A stretch of DNA of 64,000 nt from Patescibacteria group bacterium (GTDB taxonomy: Bacteria > Patescibacteriota > Dojkabacteria > GCA-002793355): positions 463,462-527,461 of the forward strand of contig BOKM01000001.1 in NCBI GenBank assembly GCA_016860985.1, given 5' to 3'. The translations under genes were made by a program, and so were the position numbers. The notes under the pieces are model-generated. The model was not told the origin of the DNA and did no database searches. It saw nothing but the letters and a program-made list of their open reading frames with translations. Below are positions 47,973 to 57,459 of this stretch, one piece after another. Each line of letters opens with the position of its first letter. Position 1 is the stretch's first letter.

Positions 47973-48666
47973 TGGCAACAACACGCTGCTCATACTGTTT
48001 TCGAGGATAGAGATACCATCCGATACCTGCAATAACAACCGCAACACCTACAATAATTCGAGGATCAACGCCAAGATTATCTGGTGGTTTTGGAGTCGGA
48101 GTCGCAATACTGTTTACGACAGAATAAGCCCCATCTTGAGGTGCAGTCATAATAAAGGTTGGAGGGCTGTTTGAGTCTTTAATACCAGACATACCATCTG
48201 CTTCGCGACCATTAAACATAAACGAAAGATCGGCAGTACCAGTTTTTTTTGCTTTAAATGTAACACGCGCAAACATGTTTCCCGCCGTTGTGATTTCTGG
48301 GTATGGACATGAGGTTTCTCCGGTAGAAATGCCGGTAATCATCAACTGCCCTTCTTCGTTATCGGCTATGTAGTTATCTTCGTCTGTTGGGTAGTTACAA
48401 AATAGACTTCCTGCCTCTACAGCTTGCGGAATTTCGAGCATAGTTGGATCAAAAACCAGGATTGCGCGTGCGTAGCTGATTTGCTTATTCGCCGTTGCTT
48501 TAAGATTGATTACCACATCAAACGACGTGTTTTTTACGACTGTTTTTGTCTTTGGAGATAACGCAAACGTAACCGTTGCACTTTGCGCAGCCACAGGGAG
48601 TATCCCCAAAGAAGCCACATAAAGTACAAACATTAAAATTGAGAAAAATCGTATGCACCAGTTCAT
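47959..48666 (-). CDS. cohesin-like domain surface protein with a C-terminal transmembrane anchor
   Basis: Signal peptide, a beta-sandwich region that looks like a cohesin domain (TVTFALSP...FDVVINLKA...ISYARAILVFDP), and a C-terminal hydrophobic segment. Confidence 0.4.
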   Translation of the reverse strand: MNWCIRFFSILMFVLYVASLGILPVAAQSATVTFALSPKTKTVVKNTSFDVVINLKATANKQISYARAILVFDPTMLEIPQAVEAGSLFCNYPTDEDNYIADNEEGQLMITGISTGETSCPYPEITTAGNMFARVTFKAKKTGTADLSFMFNGREADGMSGIKDSNSPPTFIMTAPQDGAYSVVNSIATPTPKPPDNLGVDPRIIVGVAVVIAGIGWYLYPRKQYEQRVVATTEV

Positions 48667-48713
48667 ATCTGCATTATAGTAGCACGACCACGCAATACAT
48701 GCTACATTCAGTC

Positions 48714-49565
48714 ATGCCATTTCAAATGAAGAAACAATTTGGCCAACATTTTTTGCGGCAAGTTCCCAAGGAAGTTCTTTTTCCACTTGATGTGCTCGAA
48801 CAGCGCCAGTCTCTGCAAAAGAATACCTCCATCACTATTTATGAAATTGGACCTGGAAGCGGCGTGGTCACTCAAGCCGTTGTGCAGCAACTTCTCCCCT
48901 TCTCACACCTTTCGATAACCTACGAAGTCGTTGATATCGACCTTGAAGCAATACAAACTACCAAAGAACTTATCGCCGGCATGGCTCTACCAAAACGTTT
49001 CAAATTCATTTATACCCACAAAGACGTGCTAAAGCACTCGCCAACCGCGGTTGACAAAGCAGAATTTATCTACATATTTGGTTCACTGCCTTACAATATT
49101 TCCAAGAAAATTGTAAACGCTACCAAACATTTTTCTATAAAACTCTCTCAAAAAAGTGTACTGCTGCCTTCTCGCTTTATTATTCAAAAAGAGGTTGCAG
49201 AAGATTATGTTTCGGCGCCACCGAGCGCAGCTTTTTTGGGCGCCGACCTCTCTCTTTTTGCGGATTATCGGAAAATCACAAAGAAATTACCTCCAGGAGC
49301 TTTTTTTCCACCTCCAAAGGTCGAAAGTGCCGTGCTTGAGATAGGGTGGAAGTCTCTAAAAAATACCGAAGGTGATAAAGCTCTGGAGTTAGCCAAAGTG
49401 ATTCGCCAAGGATTTATCGCAAAAAGAAAGGTTATTGGTTCTGTATTTAAAAATCGGATTAGCGAAAAAAAGAAGACGCCGACGCTTGAACATCTCATGC
49501 ACCTTCGTGCTCACGAGGTGTCTCTTGCCGAATGGGAGTTGATTTTTCACTCACTTGGTAAATAG
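48714..49565 (+). CDS. rsmA: 16S rRNA (adenine1518/1519-N6)-dimethyltransferase
   Basis: KKQFGQHFL motif and SAM-binding EIGPGSG. Start moved to the internal ATG downstream of the convergent gene. Confidence 0.8.
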   Translation: MPFQMKKQFGQHFLRQVPKEVLFPLDVLEQRQSLQKNTSITIYEIGPGSGVVTQAVVQQLLPFSHLSITYEVVDIDLEAIQTTKELIAGMALPKRFKFIYTHKDVLKHSPTAVDKAEFIYIFGSLPYNISKKIVNATKHFSIKLSQKSVLLPSRFIIQKEVAEDYVSAPPSAAFLGADLSLFADYRKITKKLPPGAFFPPPKVESAVLEIGWKSLKNTEGDKALELAKVIRQGFIAKRKVIGSVFKNRISEKKKTPTLEHLMHLRAHEVSLAEWELIFHSLGK

Positions 49566-49575
49566 CCGGGATTCA

Positions 49576-50004
49576 TTATGCAATAAATTTCTTCATCACC
49601 ACGAGTGCAGCGTACACAATCTGTTCATTGTCACCATAAACCTGTAATCCTTCATGCACAACTTCGTTACGCATATGGTGAAATTGCTTAAGAACTCTGA
49701 ATTGGTCGTATGTGAGAGTGTTTCTTTCAAGGGCGGAACGCAATTGTTGCTTCACACTTGAATCTTTTAGTCCGTAATTCCACAGAATTTGAGAAAGCAC
49801 TCGGTCTGCAGAGATGGTTAACTTATGAAGTCGAAGACGTTTTTTCTCTAAATCCTTTTCGGTATGAGCAATAAAATACTCGTCGATCAAACCTTTTACT
49901 GCTACTTCAAGGTACTTTGTATTGGGGTTAAGCCTTTTGGGAATAACGACCGCTGCAAGATAAATAAACAAAAGTAACAACGCAGCAAGAATATAGTAGA
50001 ACAT
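49576..50004 (-). CDS. hypothetical membrane-anchored protein
   Basis: N-terminal transmembrane helix, helical remainder. Confidence 0.35.
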   Translation of the reverse strand: MFYYILAALLLLFIYLAAVVIPKRLNPNTKYLEVAVKGLIDEYFIAHTEKDLEKKRLRLHKLTISADRVLSQILWNYGLKDSSVKQQLRSALERNTLTYDQFRVLKQFHHMRNEVVHEGLQVYGDNEQIVYAALVVMKKFIA

Positions 50005-50046
50005 GATTTTATTATAGCCGTCTATCCGATGTTTGTCACAAAGAGT

Positions 50047-50769
50047 CTAGCTCCCGCCAAAGCGTCGCTGCCTTTCGTAATATTCACCCACAACTTCCTT
50101 TAATTTTTGCTTCGTAAGATCTGGAAAGTTTATCGGAAGAAAACAAAGCTCTGCGTATCCCGATTGATAGGCCATAAACCCAGAAGTTCGTTGTTCTCCG
50201 GAGGTTCTGATAATAAAGTCTGGATTAGGAACTCCCTTTGTATCGAGGTATTCGGAGAACATATCTGTTGTAATGTCATCCGGCTGCAATTTACCAGCCT
50301 GAACATCCTCGATGATTTGTTTTGTTGCCCTTACCACTTCGTCTTGCCCACCGTAATCAAGCCCGACAATGTAGTGCCACTCTGTAAAATGCGCGGTGTC
50401 TTTTTCTAGCTGGGTTAAACCTTCAAGCAAATCAGGTGCGAGTCGATCCTTTCTACCAATGTGGCGAAAGTTAATCTTGTATTTGATAATGTCATCGCGT
50501 TTTTTCTTTATAAAATCTCGAAAAAGATTCATTAATTGCTCGACTTCTTCTGGACCGCGCTTCCAATTTTCCGTTGAAAATCCCCACATTGAAAGGTAGG
50601 GAATTCCGAGTTCTTGGCATGCTTCAAGTATTCCTTGGATATTTTCGGCTCCTCTGCGATGCCCCTCCCATGTTGGAAGCCCTTTCGCACGTGCCCAGCG
50701 TCTATCGCCATCGGGCATAATAACAAGGTGCTTTAAAGGAATCACCTGTTCTTCTTTATTTTCAAGCAT
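50047..50769 (-). CDS. uppS: undecaprenyl-diphosphate synthase (cis-prenyltransferase)
   Basis: HLVIMPDGDRRWA and SMWGFSTENWKR motifs. Start set at the internal MLENK. Confidence 0.85.
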   Translation of the reverse strand: MLENKEEQVIPLKHLVIMPDGDRRWARAKGLPTWEGHRRGAENIQGILEACQELGIPYLSMWGFSTENWKRGPEEVEQLMNLFRDFIKKKRDDIIKYKINFRHIGRKDRLAPDLLEGLTQLEKDTAHFTEWHYIVGLDYGGQDEVVRATKQIIEDVQAGKLQPDDITTDMFSEYLDTKGVPNPDFIIRTSGEQRTSGFMAYQSGYAELCFLPINFPDLTKQKLKEVVGEYYERQRRFGGS

Positions 50770-50852
50770 GACATTTTTTGTAGATTTATACTGGATGCCA
50801 GTCAAGTAGAGTACCATATAAACGCGAAAAAGGCACCATTACCAACAGTAAG

Positions 50853-52655
50853 CTAGATTCCTTTTAACTCATCGACGGTTGTTGCCTGTTCCGCCTTCTT
50901 TTCCCTGAATTTTTTAAACCTTGGAAAGCGAAGTGCATAACCTGAAGAATGAAGGGGGCTTTTGGTTATTTCGTCTGCTTCGACTTCTACTACAAGCGAG
51001 GGCAATAAATAAACATCTGGAGTGAGCGACTTAGGAATAACTACATTATCCAGTTTTCTATCGGTCTTTACCTCGTCACAGGCTGCTTTAATGATTTTCC
51101 ATTGCTCGTGTGTAACCCCCGTGCCTATTTTTGTTACGGTTAGGTACTCATCTGTCTCTCGGTTATAAACAGCAGCAAGCAGTGCACCGATACCAAATTG
51201 GGCGAGTTTTCCTTCTCCGCGATAATAACCTACCAAAACGATATCAACCGTATCTGCGAGTTCTTTTTTCATCGCTTTTTTATATTTTAACCAATCAAAG
51301 TTACGCGTTCCTGGAGTATAAATAGATGACGTATCCTTAAAAATGACTCCCTCTAAACCCTCTGCCACATATTCAAGGAAAAGTTTTTCCGCCTCAGCAA
51401 CATCTTTTGGATAATGAATTGGAGTTTTAACAATTGTACGTTGAACCTCCTGATTTTCGTCGAGAAAAGTTAAGAGTTCTTTTCGAACTGAAAGTGATTT
51501 GTCCATCAAATTTTCATTATTTACCAAAAGAATATCAAAAGAGAAGACTTTAACAGGAACTTCGTTTGCTGCACCTTCTACCCCGTGTTTCCGCTTGCGA
51601 GTCATTGTTTGTTGGAAAGGAAGATACTCCTGAACGATATCATTGTAACCGATGACTTCACCATCGAGCACAATGGATTCAACAGAGACACCGTGCTTTT
51701 TTTCATACTGCAGTGGAAGCTTCTTTGCTGCTTCTACGACTTCGGGGAACATTTCGGTCATATTTTCGAGATTGCGGGAAAAAAGCATAACTGAGTAATC
51801 CTCTTTTTCATTCTGTTCTGGTTGAGAAAAAAGGCTAAGATTCGCTTCTTTTGACTTATCTTCGTGTGAAAAGTATGGTTGCCAAACTCTTTCTGCATAG
51901 ACGTTTTCAAGAACCTTTTCTTTGAATACGTGGAGTTGTATTCGCAAACCGTCATATTTTGGCTCTTCAATTGGCTCTGGAATTCTTTTGTAGATAGACT
52001 CGATTGAATCTTCACGTTCAACCAGCTTTGCTGAGACAGGAATTCCTGGTGAAAATACTGATCGTTCCGGGGCTGCTTCGCCATACTTTAGAGAGAGATA
52101 CACTGTATGCCCAATATCTGAACAATTCGCAAACAGCTTTTTTAGCTCGTCATTTTTTGTCCCCTGTAATGCGCCGAGTGCCTCAAGTATGGTTCTTTCG
52201 CTTGCTCCAAGCCGAAGTTTGCTGTTCACAATTCGCAGTGTATACTTGCCCGCTAGAGGTGAGCATCTTTTTAGCAGATTAATTAGTAATTCTTGTTTCT
52301 TTGCCTGTGAGCCTGTCCCTTTGGTTTTTGCAACATCCCACAAGAGAGAGTAGTAGTCGAGTAGGGTAAGGTCAGTCTCTTGTTTTGGTGCGTAGGCCTC
52401 CCATACTGAACCGATATCACCATATGTGGTTAAATCTTGCACAACATCTTTACCCAAGAGTGTTTCGACAACAGTTCGCAACGTTTTATCAGACAATTGA
52501 AACTCAACCGCAATAAATTCAGGGACAATTCTTCCTATTATCAAATATGCCGTAATTGCACCTTCTTCAGGGGTTGCCTGACGGAAATAATCAGTTAAAA
52601 GGGCCTGCATTTCGAGTCTTTTTGGTGTTTTCTCAATTGCCGAAAATAATTCCAT
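50853..52655 (-). CDS. ATP-dependent DNA ligase
   Basis: Adenylation motif I EPKYDGLR and an OB-fold domain. Start set at the internal MELFS. Confidence 0.8.
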   Translation of the reverse strand: MELFSAIEKTPKRLEMQALLTDYFRQATPEEGAITAYLIIGRIVPEFIAVEFQLSDKTLRTVVETLLGKDVVQDLTTYGDIGSVWEAYAPKQETDLTLLDYYSLLWDVAKTKGTGSQAKKQELLINLLKRCSPLAGKYTLRIVNSKLRLGASERTILEALGALQGTKNDELKKLFANCSDIGHTVYLSLKYGEAAPERSVFSPGIPVSAKLVEREDSIESIYKRIPEPIEEPKYDGLRIQLHVFKEKVLENVYAERVWQPYFSHEDKSKEANLSLFSQPEQNEKEDYSVMLFSRNLENMTEMFPEVVEAAKKLPLQYEKKHGVSVESIVLDGEVIGYNDIVQEYLPFQQTMTRKRKHGVEGAANEVPVKVFSFDILLVNNENLMDKSLSVRKELLTFLDENQEVQRTIVKTPIHYPKDVAEAEKLFLEYVAEGLEGVIFKDTSSIYTPGTRNFDWLKYKKAMKKELADTVDIVLVGYYRGEGKLAQFGIGALLAAVYNRETDEYLTVTKIGTGVTHEQWKIIKAACDEVKTDRKLDNVVIPKSLTPDVYLLPSLVVEVEADEITKSPLHSSGYALRFPRFKKFREKKAEQATTVDELKGI

Positions 52656-52789
52656 TACTGTTGTCAGTTGCATACAGGATTGTACCACTAGCAGCCGAAA
52701 TTGCCGTAGTATTTTACTTACACACTGCCACGTTATATAATTACTCAGTACGCATTGACCCAGCAATCACTGGTGAGCGTCAGGAAGAA

Positions 52790-52946
52790 ATGCACATTAG
52801 CATTGTAGAACCTGTCGGCGACCTCCGAACCAACTGGTTAAGCCATTTAGGCTAAGGGATACAAAAACGTATCTGAACGAGGGTGGTACCGTGAGCTAAA
52901 TCACTCACCCCTCTATAGGGATTTGCATTAATTTACTATAGAGGCC
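52790..52946 (+). promoter_or_regulatory. T-box leader controlling ileS, with a sequestrator hairpin that includes the Shine-Dalgarno
   Basis: Conserved T-box antiterminator GAGGGUGGUACCGUGAG...CUCACCCCUC at 52879-52913. A mutually exclusive 9 bp perfect hairpin CCUCUAUAG/CUAUAGAGG at 52910-52944 overlaps the AGAGG SD just before the ATG at 52947. Confidence 0.6.
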
Positions 52947-55883
52947 ATGGCACACAACGAATTTACACTCCCGAATGTCCGCAATTTTTACACTGACGTC
53001 GAACAACCTATTCTATCGTTTTGGAAAGAGAACAAAATCTTCGAAAAATCAGTAGATCAGCGCAGTGACAAGGATCGATTTGTATTCTACGACGGTCCTC
53101 CCTTTGTTACTGGTTTACCCCATTATGGGCACTTGCTTGCGAGCGTACTCAAAGACATCGTCCCTCGTTACCAAACAATGAAAGGCAAGAAAGTCGAGAG
53201 ACTCTGGGGTTGGGATTGTCACGGCATTCCAATTGAAGAGATGGTCGAAAGAAAATACAAAACAAAGAACCGAAGAGAAATCGAATCACGGGTTGGCATC
53301 AAAGAGTTTATAGAAGCCTGTGCGTCATATGTCACCGATGTTTCGGGAGAATGGGAGTGGTATATCGACAGAATCGCGCGCTGGGTCGATATGAAAAAAC
53401 CATACAGAACAATGGACCTTTCCTACATGGAAACAGTGATGTGGGTGTTTAAGCAATTCTACGAAAAAGGGTTAGTCTATAAAGGAAAACGCGTTTCTTT
53501 GTACTGCACCCGCTGTGGTACGCCTCTCTCAAACTTTGAAATCGCTATGGACAACTCGTACCGAGACCTTGAAGATCCTTCAGTATTTGTGAAATTCCCC
53601 GTCAAAGATGAAAAGAATACCTACATACTCGCATGGACAACAACACCATGGACTCTTCCGGCAAACAGTGCGTTGGTAGTTAATCAAGAGGCAGATTATG
53701 TAAAAGTAAAATCCGGCACCGATTCTATGTACCTTGCAAAAGCTCTCGTAGAAAAAGTCTTTAAAGATTTAGAATACACGGTAGAAGACGAAGTAAAAGG
53801 AGCAGCATTGATTGGGCTACATTACGAACCATTATTCAACTACTTTACTGCAGGGGAGCATGATTATCAGGTTTATCACGCAGATTTTGTCAGCATGGAA
53901 GAAGGTACAGGAATAATCCACATGGCTCCTGGATTTGGTGAGGACGACACTGCGCTCGGAAAGCAAATCGGGTTATCCATGCACGAAACAATCGACGACG
54001 AAGGAAGGCTTATACCCGAAGTTACTGATTATGCAGGCAAGTACTTTAAAGAAGCCGATCCATTTATCTCCGAAGACTTAACAAAGCGAGGTCTTATGCT
54101 AAAAGCGGAGCGAATCGTTCACAGTTATCCTATCTGTCACCGATGCAAAACACCTCTTGTTTATAAAGCACAGGACTCTTGGTATGTGAATATCCAGCAA
54201 ATTAAGGACCAACTCTACAAAAACAACGAAAATATCAACTGGATTCCAGAACATATCAAACACGGAAGATTTGAAGATGCGATTAAAACCTTCCCAGATT
54301 GGGGTATTTCAAGAACTCGTTATTGGGCAACTCCGATGCCAATTTGGGAATGTGACTCCTGTGACCACCAGGAAGTGTTAGGCTCAGTAGCAGAAATTGA
54401 AGAGCGATCAGGCAAAAAAGTTACAGACCTTCATCGTCCATACATAGATGAGCATACGTACGCTTGTAAAAAGTGTGAGAAAGGAACAATGAAGCGTGTC
54501 GCAGAGGTTGTTGATAGCTGGTTGGAATCAGCCTCCATGCCGTTTGCGCAATTCCACTATCCCTTTGAAAACAAAGAAAAGTTTGAAGCCAACTTCCCCG
54601 GTGATTTTATTACCGAATACGTGGGGCAAACGAGAGCTTGGTTTAACGTGATGCACGTGGTTTCAACTATACTTTTCGGTACAAATGCCTTCAACAATGT
54701 AATCTGCACAGGCGTTATCAAAGGAACCGATGGCCAAAAAATGAGTAAAAGCCTTGGCAACTACCCAGACCCTCGAGGTGTTATCGAAAAATACGGTGGC
54801 GACGCATTCAGACTCTATATTGCAGGAAGCGTATTACCATTAGGTGAGGACTTGAACGTTTCTGAAGAATCAATATCTGCCCCCGGAAAAGAGATTCTCA
54901 TGCCACTAATGAATACATACAAGTACTTTGCGTTATACGCCAATCAACATACCTTTGCTTTTGACCAAAATGCAAAATCGGAGCATGTACTCGATAGGTG
55001 GATTCTTGCACGTGTTAATTCTGTTGTTAGAACAATAGATTCAATGATTGCCGGATATACACTTCCAAAGGCAATTGCAGAGATTAAGCCCCTTGTAGAC
55101 GACATTTCCACTTGGTACATCCGAAGATCCCGAGATCGTTTTGTTGAGGGTGATAACAATGCATTGCAAACGTTATATCAAGTACTTCTTCTTGTGGTTA
55201 CCGCAATAGCACCAATCTCACCGTTTATAGCAGAGTATCTTTACCAAGAGTTAAAACGTGCGTTACCTACAGACCTTCAACAGGAATCAGTGCACCTACT
55301 CCTTTTCCCGTCACTTGCAGAGCAAACTGCAGAAGAACAATCAGTCCTAGCAACAATGGAACTTGCACGAAAGGCTGCATCGCTTGGGCAAAGTATTCGA
55401 GTAGAAAAAGCAATTGCACTCAAACAACCGCTTAGCCAAATGTTAGTTAATACAAAGGAGAAGCTCACAGCAGAATACCTAGACCTTTTATCAGAAGAGC
55501 TTAATGTTCAGGAGACACTCGCCGTGACCGAATTAACAGAAAAAGAGTTTTTGGCGGTTAAGAAAGATCAAGGAATAGAAGTCGGCTTAAATCTCGAAAT
55601 TACACCAGAACTTGCAGAAAAAGGGTTACTTCGCGAAGTGACAAGAGCGATCCAAGCCTCAAGAAAGAATGCTTCTCTCCAAATCGGGCAACATGCAAAG
55701 GTGCGAATTTTCACAGAAAGTACCGCAATCAAGGAACTTGTTGCAAAATACGGCACAGAGCTAAAGCAGGGAACACTCCTCGAAAGCATCGATACCGTTC
55801 AGCAACCACTTGGTGAAAACGCATTTACAGCAGCTGTAGGGCCACAGAAAGAGCAATTATCCATTGAAGTCACGCCACTTTAG
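52947..55883 (+). CDS. ileS: isoleucyl-tRNA synthetase
   Basis: HYGH and KMSKS class I motifs, a CP1 editing domain. 978 aa. Confidence 0.95.
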   Translation: MAHNEFTLPNVRNFYTDVEQPILSFWKENKIFEKSVDQRSDKDRFVFYDGPPFVTGLPHYGHLLASVLKDIVPRYQTMKGKKVERLWGWDCHGIPIEEMVERKYKTKNRREIESRVGIKEFIEACASYVTDVSGEWEWYIDRIARWVDMKKPYRTMDLSYMETVMWVFKQFYEKGLVYKGKRVSLYCTRCGTPLSNFEIAMDNSYRDLEDPSVFVKFPVKDEKNTYILAWTTTPWTLPANSALVVNQEADYVKVKSGTDSMYLAKALVEKVFKDLEYTVEDEVKGAALIGLHYEPLFNYFTAGEHDYQVYHADFVSMEEGTGIIHMAPGFGEDDTALGKQIGLSMHETIDDEGRLIPEVTDYAGKYFKEADPFISEDLTKRGLMLKAERIVHSYPICHRCKTPLVYKAQDSWYVNIQQIKDQLYKNNENINWIPEHIKHGRFEDAIKTFPDWGISRTRYWATPMPIWECDSCDHQEVLGSVAEIEERSGKKVTDLHRPYIDEHTYACKKCEKGTMKRVAEVVDSWLESASMPFAQFHYPFENKEKFEANFPGDFITEYVGQTRAWFNVMHVVSTILFGTNAFNNVICTGVIKGTDGQKMSKSLGNYPDPRGVIEKYGGDAFRLYIAGSVLPLGEDLNVSEESISAPGKEILMPLMNTYKYFALYANQHTFAFDQNAKSEHVLDRWILARVNSVVRTIDSMIAGYTLPKAIAEIKPLVDDISTWYIRRSRDRFVEGDNNALQTLYQVLLLVVTAIAPISPFIAEYLYQELKRALPTDLQQESVHLLLFPSLAEQTAEEQSVLATMELARKAASLGQSIRVEKAIALKQPLSQMLVNTKEKLTAEYLDLLSEELNVQETLAVTELTEKEFLAVKKDQGIEVGLNLEITPELAEKGLLREVTRAIQASRKNASLQIGQHAKVRIFTESTAIKELVAKYGTELKQGTLLESIDTVQQPLGENAFTAAVGPQKEQLSIEVTPL

Positions 55884-56700
55884 CGAAAGAGAACCGAAAA
55901 AGGGGTACTGAAGCTAAAAATAAGCGAACCGACTGATCTTTTGACAACGTATCAAGCATTACGGTTGTTGTTGCTCCGGTTGTAATTACATCATCTACGA
56001 CAATCACTACCTCTGGAGCGAGTGAGATGAGGTTGGGGACTTGAAAAGCATTGAGGGAATATTCACTGTTTAGCGTTAACAACCGCTGTTGTCGGGTTTT
56101 TTTTGCTTGCGCTATGCTGCCTTCACGTTTTTTCAGAATTTCTTGCGAAATATAACAATTACATGCAAAGTTATCGCGAAGATATCTTCCGAGCAGAATC
56201 GCTAATTCTCGCGCGGGCGAAAAACCTCGTTCAGTATATTTATTGCGTGACATAGGGACCGGAAGGAGCAGTATTCTCAAGTCTTTCCATTTTTCGAAGC
56301 ATGAAACAATGTAATTAAACGGATCTAGCCGAAAGTACGACTGAATCATCAAGGCAATCTCATTAAAAAGATGATAACAACCCTTGTATTTATAGGTGGA
56401 GAGAAGATATTTTACAGTTTTTGCATACTCAAAGCAAGAAATCGTCTGGGCATAAGTTAATCGTTTTGTCTGACATATCGAATGAAGCAACCCTTTTTCC
56501 GAGAATTGATTGCATTCAGCACAGGAGGGAGTGGAAAAAAGAAATTGCTCTGCGCATGTACAACAAAGAGGGTACACTTCGTGGTTACAAGCAGCACAAG
56601 TAAAAAGCCCACAGTTTCGTGAAACAAAATACGATATTCGAGAAAAAAGATTTTCTGTGTACAAATTGTATTCAGACAGCAGGGCAAAATCTTTTCTCAC
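55870..56700 (-). CDS. comF: ComF-family protein (double zinc ribbon plus phosphoribosyltransferase domain)
   Basis: N-terminal Cys clusters (CAACNHE...CCTC...CAEC) and a PRTase motif VVIVVDDVITTGAT. Confidence 0.7.
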   Translation of the reverse strand: MRKDFALLSEYNLYTENLFSRISYFVSRNCGLFTCAACNHEVYPLCCTCAEQFLFSTPSCAECNQFSEKGLLHSICQTKRLTYAQTISCFEYAKTVKYLLSTYKYKGCYHLFNEIALMIQSYFRLDPFNYIVSCFEKWKDLRILLLPVPMSRNKYTERGFSPARELAILLGRYLRDNFACNCYISQEILKKREGSIAQAKKTRQQRLLTLNSEYSLNAFQVPNLISLAPEVVIVVDDVITTGATTTVMLDTLSKDQSVRLFLASVPLFRFSFAKVA

Positions 56701-56727
56701 ACAAAGAATATATAGCCCAAATTATGA

Positions 56728-57408
56728 CTATGTTCTCTTTTTTAGCAAAAAATACTGAAAACTCCTCCCTTTTCGAATCCATTTTTGGTGAAAATGCGTG
56801 ATAGGGAGCCCAAACTTGGGCGCTTCATACACACCATCCTCGACAGAGTATTTCGTGGTGACTTCATTCGCCTGACTGGCTATAAACTTGCTGTAATCGT
56901 CCCAATCTGTGGCAATAAGTATTTCACCATTTGATTTGAGATAGGGATATACTTTTTCAAAAAATTCTTTGGTAATTGGTCTTCGTTTGGCATGCTTTTT
57001 CTTGTGCCAAGGGTCGGGAAAGAGAATCACAATTCGAGAAATTGAATCCGGAGCATAATGCAAATCGAGTGACTCGTATCCGCTTCCTTTATAGACAAAA
57101 ACGTCAGAGCGTTTACGAATTTTACGTTTTGTAAGCAAGTAAAAACGTGCCTTAATTTCATACCCGACAGTAACGGACCTTGCAGAATCATTTGCTAAAA
57201 GCACCTCTCCGTGTCCTGAGCCAATTTCAACTTGCAGTGACCTCCCTTGAGCTATTGCACTCCAGTTTACTGGCGAAGGAAGTTTTTGATACTCAATATT
57301 CTTAAGTTTTTCAACAGTTGGTCTAAAGAAAAAGCTTTGAATTCTCTTGGTGATACGTTTAAACACATCTCTACTTGTTTTTTTGAGTAACCACCAATTT
57401 CTTTTCAC
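56728..57408 (-). CDS. trmB: tRNA (guanine46-N7)-methyltransferase
   Basis: EIGSGHGE SAM motif and FPDPWHKKKHAKRR. Confidence 0.8.
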   Translation of the reverse strand: MKRNWWLLKKTSRDVFKRITKRIQSFFFRPTVEKLKNIEYQKLPSPVNWSAIAQGRSLQVEIGSGHGEVLLANDSARSVTVGYEIKARFYLLTKRKIRKRSDVFVYKGSGYESLDLHYAPDSISRIVILFPDPWHKKKHAKRRPITKEFFEKVYPYLKSNGEILIATDWDDYSKFIASQANEVTTKYSVEDGVYEAPKFGLPITHFHQKWIRKGRSFQYFLLKKRT

Positions 57409-57459
57409 AATATCGTGCTATAATTGAATTGTTAGATTATATCGCATTATTGGGCAACA

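Noticed and set aside
55870-55883. 14 nt convergent overlap of the ileS and comF 3' ends
   Set aside because: Short convergent overlaps are common in compact genomes. There is no sign of a frameshift or a pseudogene.
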